The notes beneath the pieces were generated by a model. That model worked only from the letters and a program-made list of their open reading frames with translations. It did not search any database and had not been told where the DNA came from. A DNA stretch of 44,680 nt from Klebsormidium nitens (lineage: Eukaryota; Plantae; Klebsormidiophyceae). Below, one piece after another: positions 41,503-44,680 of the stretch (positions within the stretch are counted from its first letter, which is position 1; every line of letters begins with the position of its first letter). The position numbers and the translations under genes are program-made. Location: assembly GCA_000708835.1 (NCBI GenBank), contig DF237622.1:1-44680 (forward strand), read 5' to 3'.

Positions 41503-44380
41503 TCATAGGTCCCACGGCATACTCTCTGGCTTCTCCTCTCCTCGGTCGTCCTCCGCCGCAGGCAAGCCCCCGTCTTCTACGCCAAAATCAAACGCATTGT
41601 CATTTAGTTCCGCTCCTTCTAGCCCCGTAAACGAAAACATGCCCCCGTTCCCTTCTAGTCCGTCATCCAGACCGTTGCCTTCGCCGTCTCCCTTGCCTTC
41701 TAATCCAACCCCGACCTCTCGACCAGTTCCCTCCCCTTGCCCACCGTCGAGTATGCCATCCCCTCCTAAGCTTTCCATCAACTCCCGCTCAAAGTCTGCG
41801 TCCGTCGCCTCGGGCTCTTGGCCAGGTGACGTCAGCAAGTCATCGAGCGAGTCACGGTCGGCGTCCAGATCCGCCGCCGCATCCTGGGTTTCGCCTAAAC
41901 CCTTTTCCAAACCCCCCAAACCCGAAGCCGCGACTTCGTCGGCCCCGCCATTGGCCCGCGGACCCTCTACCGCCTGGCTTTCCGGATCGACTCTGACCCG
42001 CTTCGAGTCGCTTTCTAATCCGTCCCCCGACGCCTCTTTATCCTTCTTCTTGTGCTTCTTGCTCTTCTTTTCTTTTAGCTTCTCCTTTTCTCCCGCCTTC
42101 TCTTCGTCCTTCTTTCTCTCTTTGTCCTTCGATTTGTGCTTTTTCTTGCTGCTCTTTTCTCGCTTCCCGTCTTCCTTGTCCTTGTCCCGATCCCTATGCT
42201 TCTTCTTTTTCTTTTTCTTTTTCTTCTTCTGTTCCTCTGCGTCTCCTGCAAGAAACCAAGCGCTCCGTCAGGTTTCGATTTCTCAAACTCTACACAACAA
42301 TCCGGGGACGCAAAAAAGGGCGAGCCCAGTCAAAGTAACTCTTTTACACCGGAATTTCAAATCGATGATCAGTCGAGCTTCTACCAACGCGTTATTGGCC
42401 TACAGACATCCAAACCGCCTACAGATATCCAAACCGCTAACCGCTTGCGCCTCCGTGCTTAGTGAGATGTAACGACTGGACGCCCCCGGGGGGATCGTAT
42501 CCACTCTTTATCGACATCTTCAATAGTCGAGCTTCAACCATTCAATCGGACTTTGAATGCCAACTCAACCTGGGGGCCACTTATGTTACTCTCGCCAATT
42601 TCAACACGCCCAGTAGACGGTCCGAATCCTGAGGAAGGCTCCTCTGACAACAGGTTTCCAACCGTGCAGGCTTTTGGAAACCAGTCCACCCCCTCTTTGT
42701 TAAAGCTCACCGTCCGCGCCTTCTTCCTCCTCCTCTTCGTCTTCCAGCACCTCCTCCACCTCCATGTCTCGCACCCCCCCTCCCTGGAGGATGCGCTCCA
42801 GCTCCTTTTCGACCCGGGCGACTTGCTCCGGCTGGAAAGAGGCGATCATTCGTCAGACCAATACGAGTAACAAACTGTCAATTCTCAATTGTTCAATGTT
42901 TCTGTCAATTCTCAATTGTTCAATGTTTCTTGACCCTAGGGATAATGGTAAGGCAAGCATGCACAGAAGAAGGCAACAACAAAGGACTGGGTGCTTCAGA
43001 CAAGACGTGGTGGTTCAGACACCTTCAGAAAGCCAGGATTGACCTAATCTGCAGAATCGTGGGCCCTGATCTAGGAGAACAATCCAGCCGGTCGCTGTCC
43101 AATCGCCAATTCGTCGCGATATATAACCAGATATATGTTTGGGGACAGTAGACTCCTCAGACAGGGCAACGTGTTTGTAGGTGACTTTTACTTGCTTATC
43201 AGGGCAAGCATGTTAAGCATCCCAAACTGGCAGTATCTGCTCGCTCAAGAGCCGGCCTCAATCTCCCCACTCGTTCAACAAGGAACTTCGTGTGTCCACT
43301 CACATCATATTCAGGCTCACTCCGGAAGCGCTGCCTGCGCGCCTCCCGCATCGGCGGCGTCAAGCCATGGCGGTACTCCGGCCCCTCTGGCTTCTCCGCC
43401 CCCTCCTCTGTGACCAAGATCAACTGCATTACAGATGAGTCTTTCAGAACCGCATTTGTGGCACAGGCCACCGAAGTGCATTCCCGCTGGCTGTCACAAG
43501 AAGAGCTGAAATCATTTGAAGACGCTCTGCTCTTGGAGACATACGAATGAGCCCCCACAGAGTTTTGGCTCTTGCTGTGATGGTTGCATGGCAATGCTGT
43601 TTGAATGTCGATTCAAATCCTGCACAGAGTTGCAGTGAATGCCTGACCTGTCCTATGTCAGCACTCTTGACCAGGTGATTGTCGTCATATGTCTTCCAGG
43701 ACTCCACCACCCCAGGGAGGTCCAGCAGCGAGGCGGGCAGCGTTCGGCCCCCCACCGTGAAAGTGCCAGACCGACCATCCTCTGCAGTCGTTTGAAAAGG
43801 CATGAGAAGATTGGCAGCAAGCGAATGAGAAACAATGTCTCAGTTGGAGTGCCAATTGTCCAGTTGGACTTTGTAAGGTGACTTCACAAACGAGCTTGCT
43901 GAGGGAAGACTTGGCATCAGGTGCCATTATCAGCACTGAAACTCATGTGTAATCAACGATTTCAATTTAGGTTTGAGCCCGGTTTGAGGCTCCGCTCTTG
44001 CGCCAGCTTATGTTCAAATGCTGATAGACCCATGTGATCCTCGAATCAATGCAAATGCAATGCAATCATGTGCATGAATAGTCCCCATCATCAACTTAAA
44101 TGTTTTCTTGTGACACACAAGGTACAACTTTCGAGTAGCCAGCTTGAATAATCTGCTTCACCCATATATCAATCTCCAGAATGCTGGTGTACTCAAAGAA
44201 GCTCACAAACAAGCGCACAAGTCAATATGCACGCGAAGAGTCGCCATATATGCGCTGGTCACCTGAGAAAGCGAGGTCAATTGGAAGGTCAGCAGACGCA
44301 ATCTGCTTGCTGAGGAGCTGGTTCAGCTGCTCCGCAATGTCCTGTGGCACCCGTAGAATGAACTGCTCCTCCACAGCCAT
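41503..44380 (-). CDS. TAF7: TFIID subunit TAF7 with long Lys-rich then acidic/Gly-rich C-terminal extension, 411 aa
   Basis: Exons (minus): 44380-44263, 43781-43648, 43423-43304, 42831-42711, 42245-41503; 1236 nt, phases compatible. The TAFII55_N domain reads EEQFILRVP...PASLLDLPGVVESWKTYDDNHLVKSADIGQ...YRHGLTPPMREARRQRFR, followed by PEQVARVEKELERIL. Confidence 0.93.
42399..42436. repeat. 19-bp tandem doublet in TAF7 intron 4
   Basis: CCTACAGA(C/T)ATCCAAACCG x2, 1 mismatch. Confidence 0.85.
42875..42928. repeat. Perfect 27-bp tandem doublet in TAF7 intron 3
   Basis: CTGTCAATTCTCAATTGTTCAATGTTT x2. Confidence 0.9.
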
Positions 44381-44680
44381 CGCTGCTGCCTAATTTGCGG
44401 TGCGCATCAACTCCTTCGTCAAGTCTGGTGCACGATTATCTGCCACCCCAACCCCAAAAGCCCGAGCACGCCTAAGCAACAGCACAACACCTGCGGGCTG
44501 CGCCCATCTTTTCCCCATGTACTACTAAAGTCCTAGCTTGCAATGCAAATTCAACGCCAATTTCACTGCTGAAACTTGAAAGCTCGCTGAAAGATGTAGA
44601 CTATTATCGAATAGGCTTAGGTACGATAAAAGTGGTGAATGATTCGATAAGACTCTTCGAATAATAATTTAGACTGTAGG

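Noticed and set aside
41597-42472. 291-aa plus-strand ORF
   Set aside because: Antisense shadow of the low-complexity TAF7 last exon; its poly-Phe/Ser mirrors the poly-Lys/Glu codons.

Overview
Intron-rich eukaryotic nuclear DNA, probably from a streptophyte green alga (Klebsormidium-like; inferred from plant-type orthologues, a plastid transit peptide and GT-AG introns). Gene order: decayed PPR locus (+, ~1.3-3.3 kb); EYA phosphatase (-, 5 coding exons, 570 aa); RAD50 (+, 27 exons, 1315 aa); VIPP1/IM30 (-, 3 exons, 348 aa); COQ6 (+, ~11 exons, ~472 aa); an unrecognised multi-exon gene (+, ~38.7-40.2 kb); TAF7 (-, 5 exons, 411 aa). All exon models were assembled by hand from splice sites and frame continuity. 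The most unusual signal is a recurrent intronic architecture. Tandem 'ghost' copies of a 3' splice-site cassette (branch point, pyrimidine tract, YAG, first ~35-105 nt of the next exon) sit upstream of the real exon at 130-190 nt spacing. They occur in RAD50 introns 15, 16 and 20, COQ6 intron 9 and the PPR locus, and in RAD50 intron 20 the exon-derived part is far better conserved than the spacers. Other notable points: many short near-perfect tandem doublets, three MITE-like inverted-repeat elements, a plant-lineage EYA with an animal-like P/Q/S/Y-rich N-terminus lying head-to-head with RAD50, and a 5'-low, body-high GC3 gradient.
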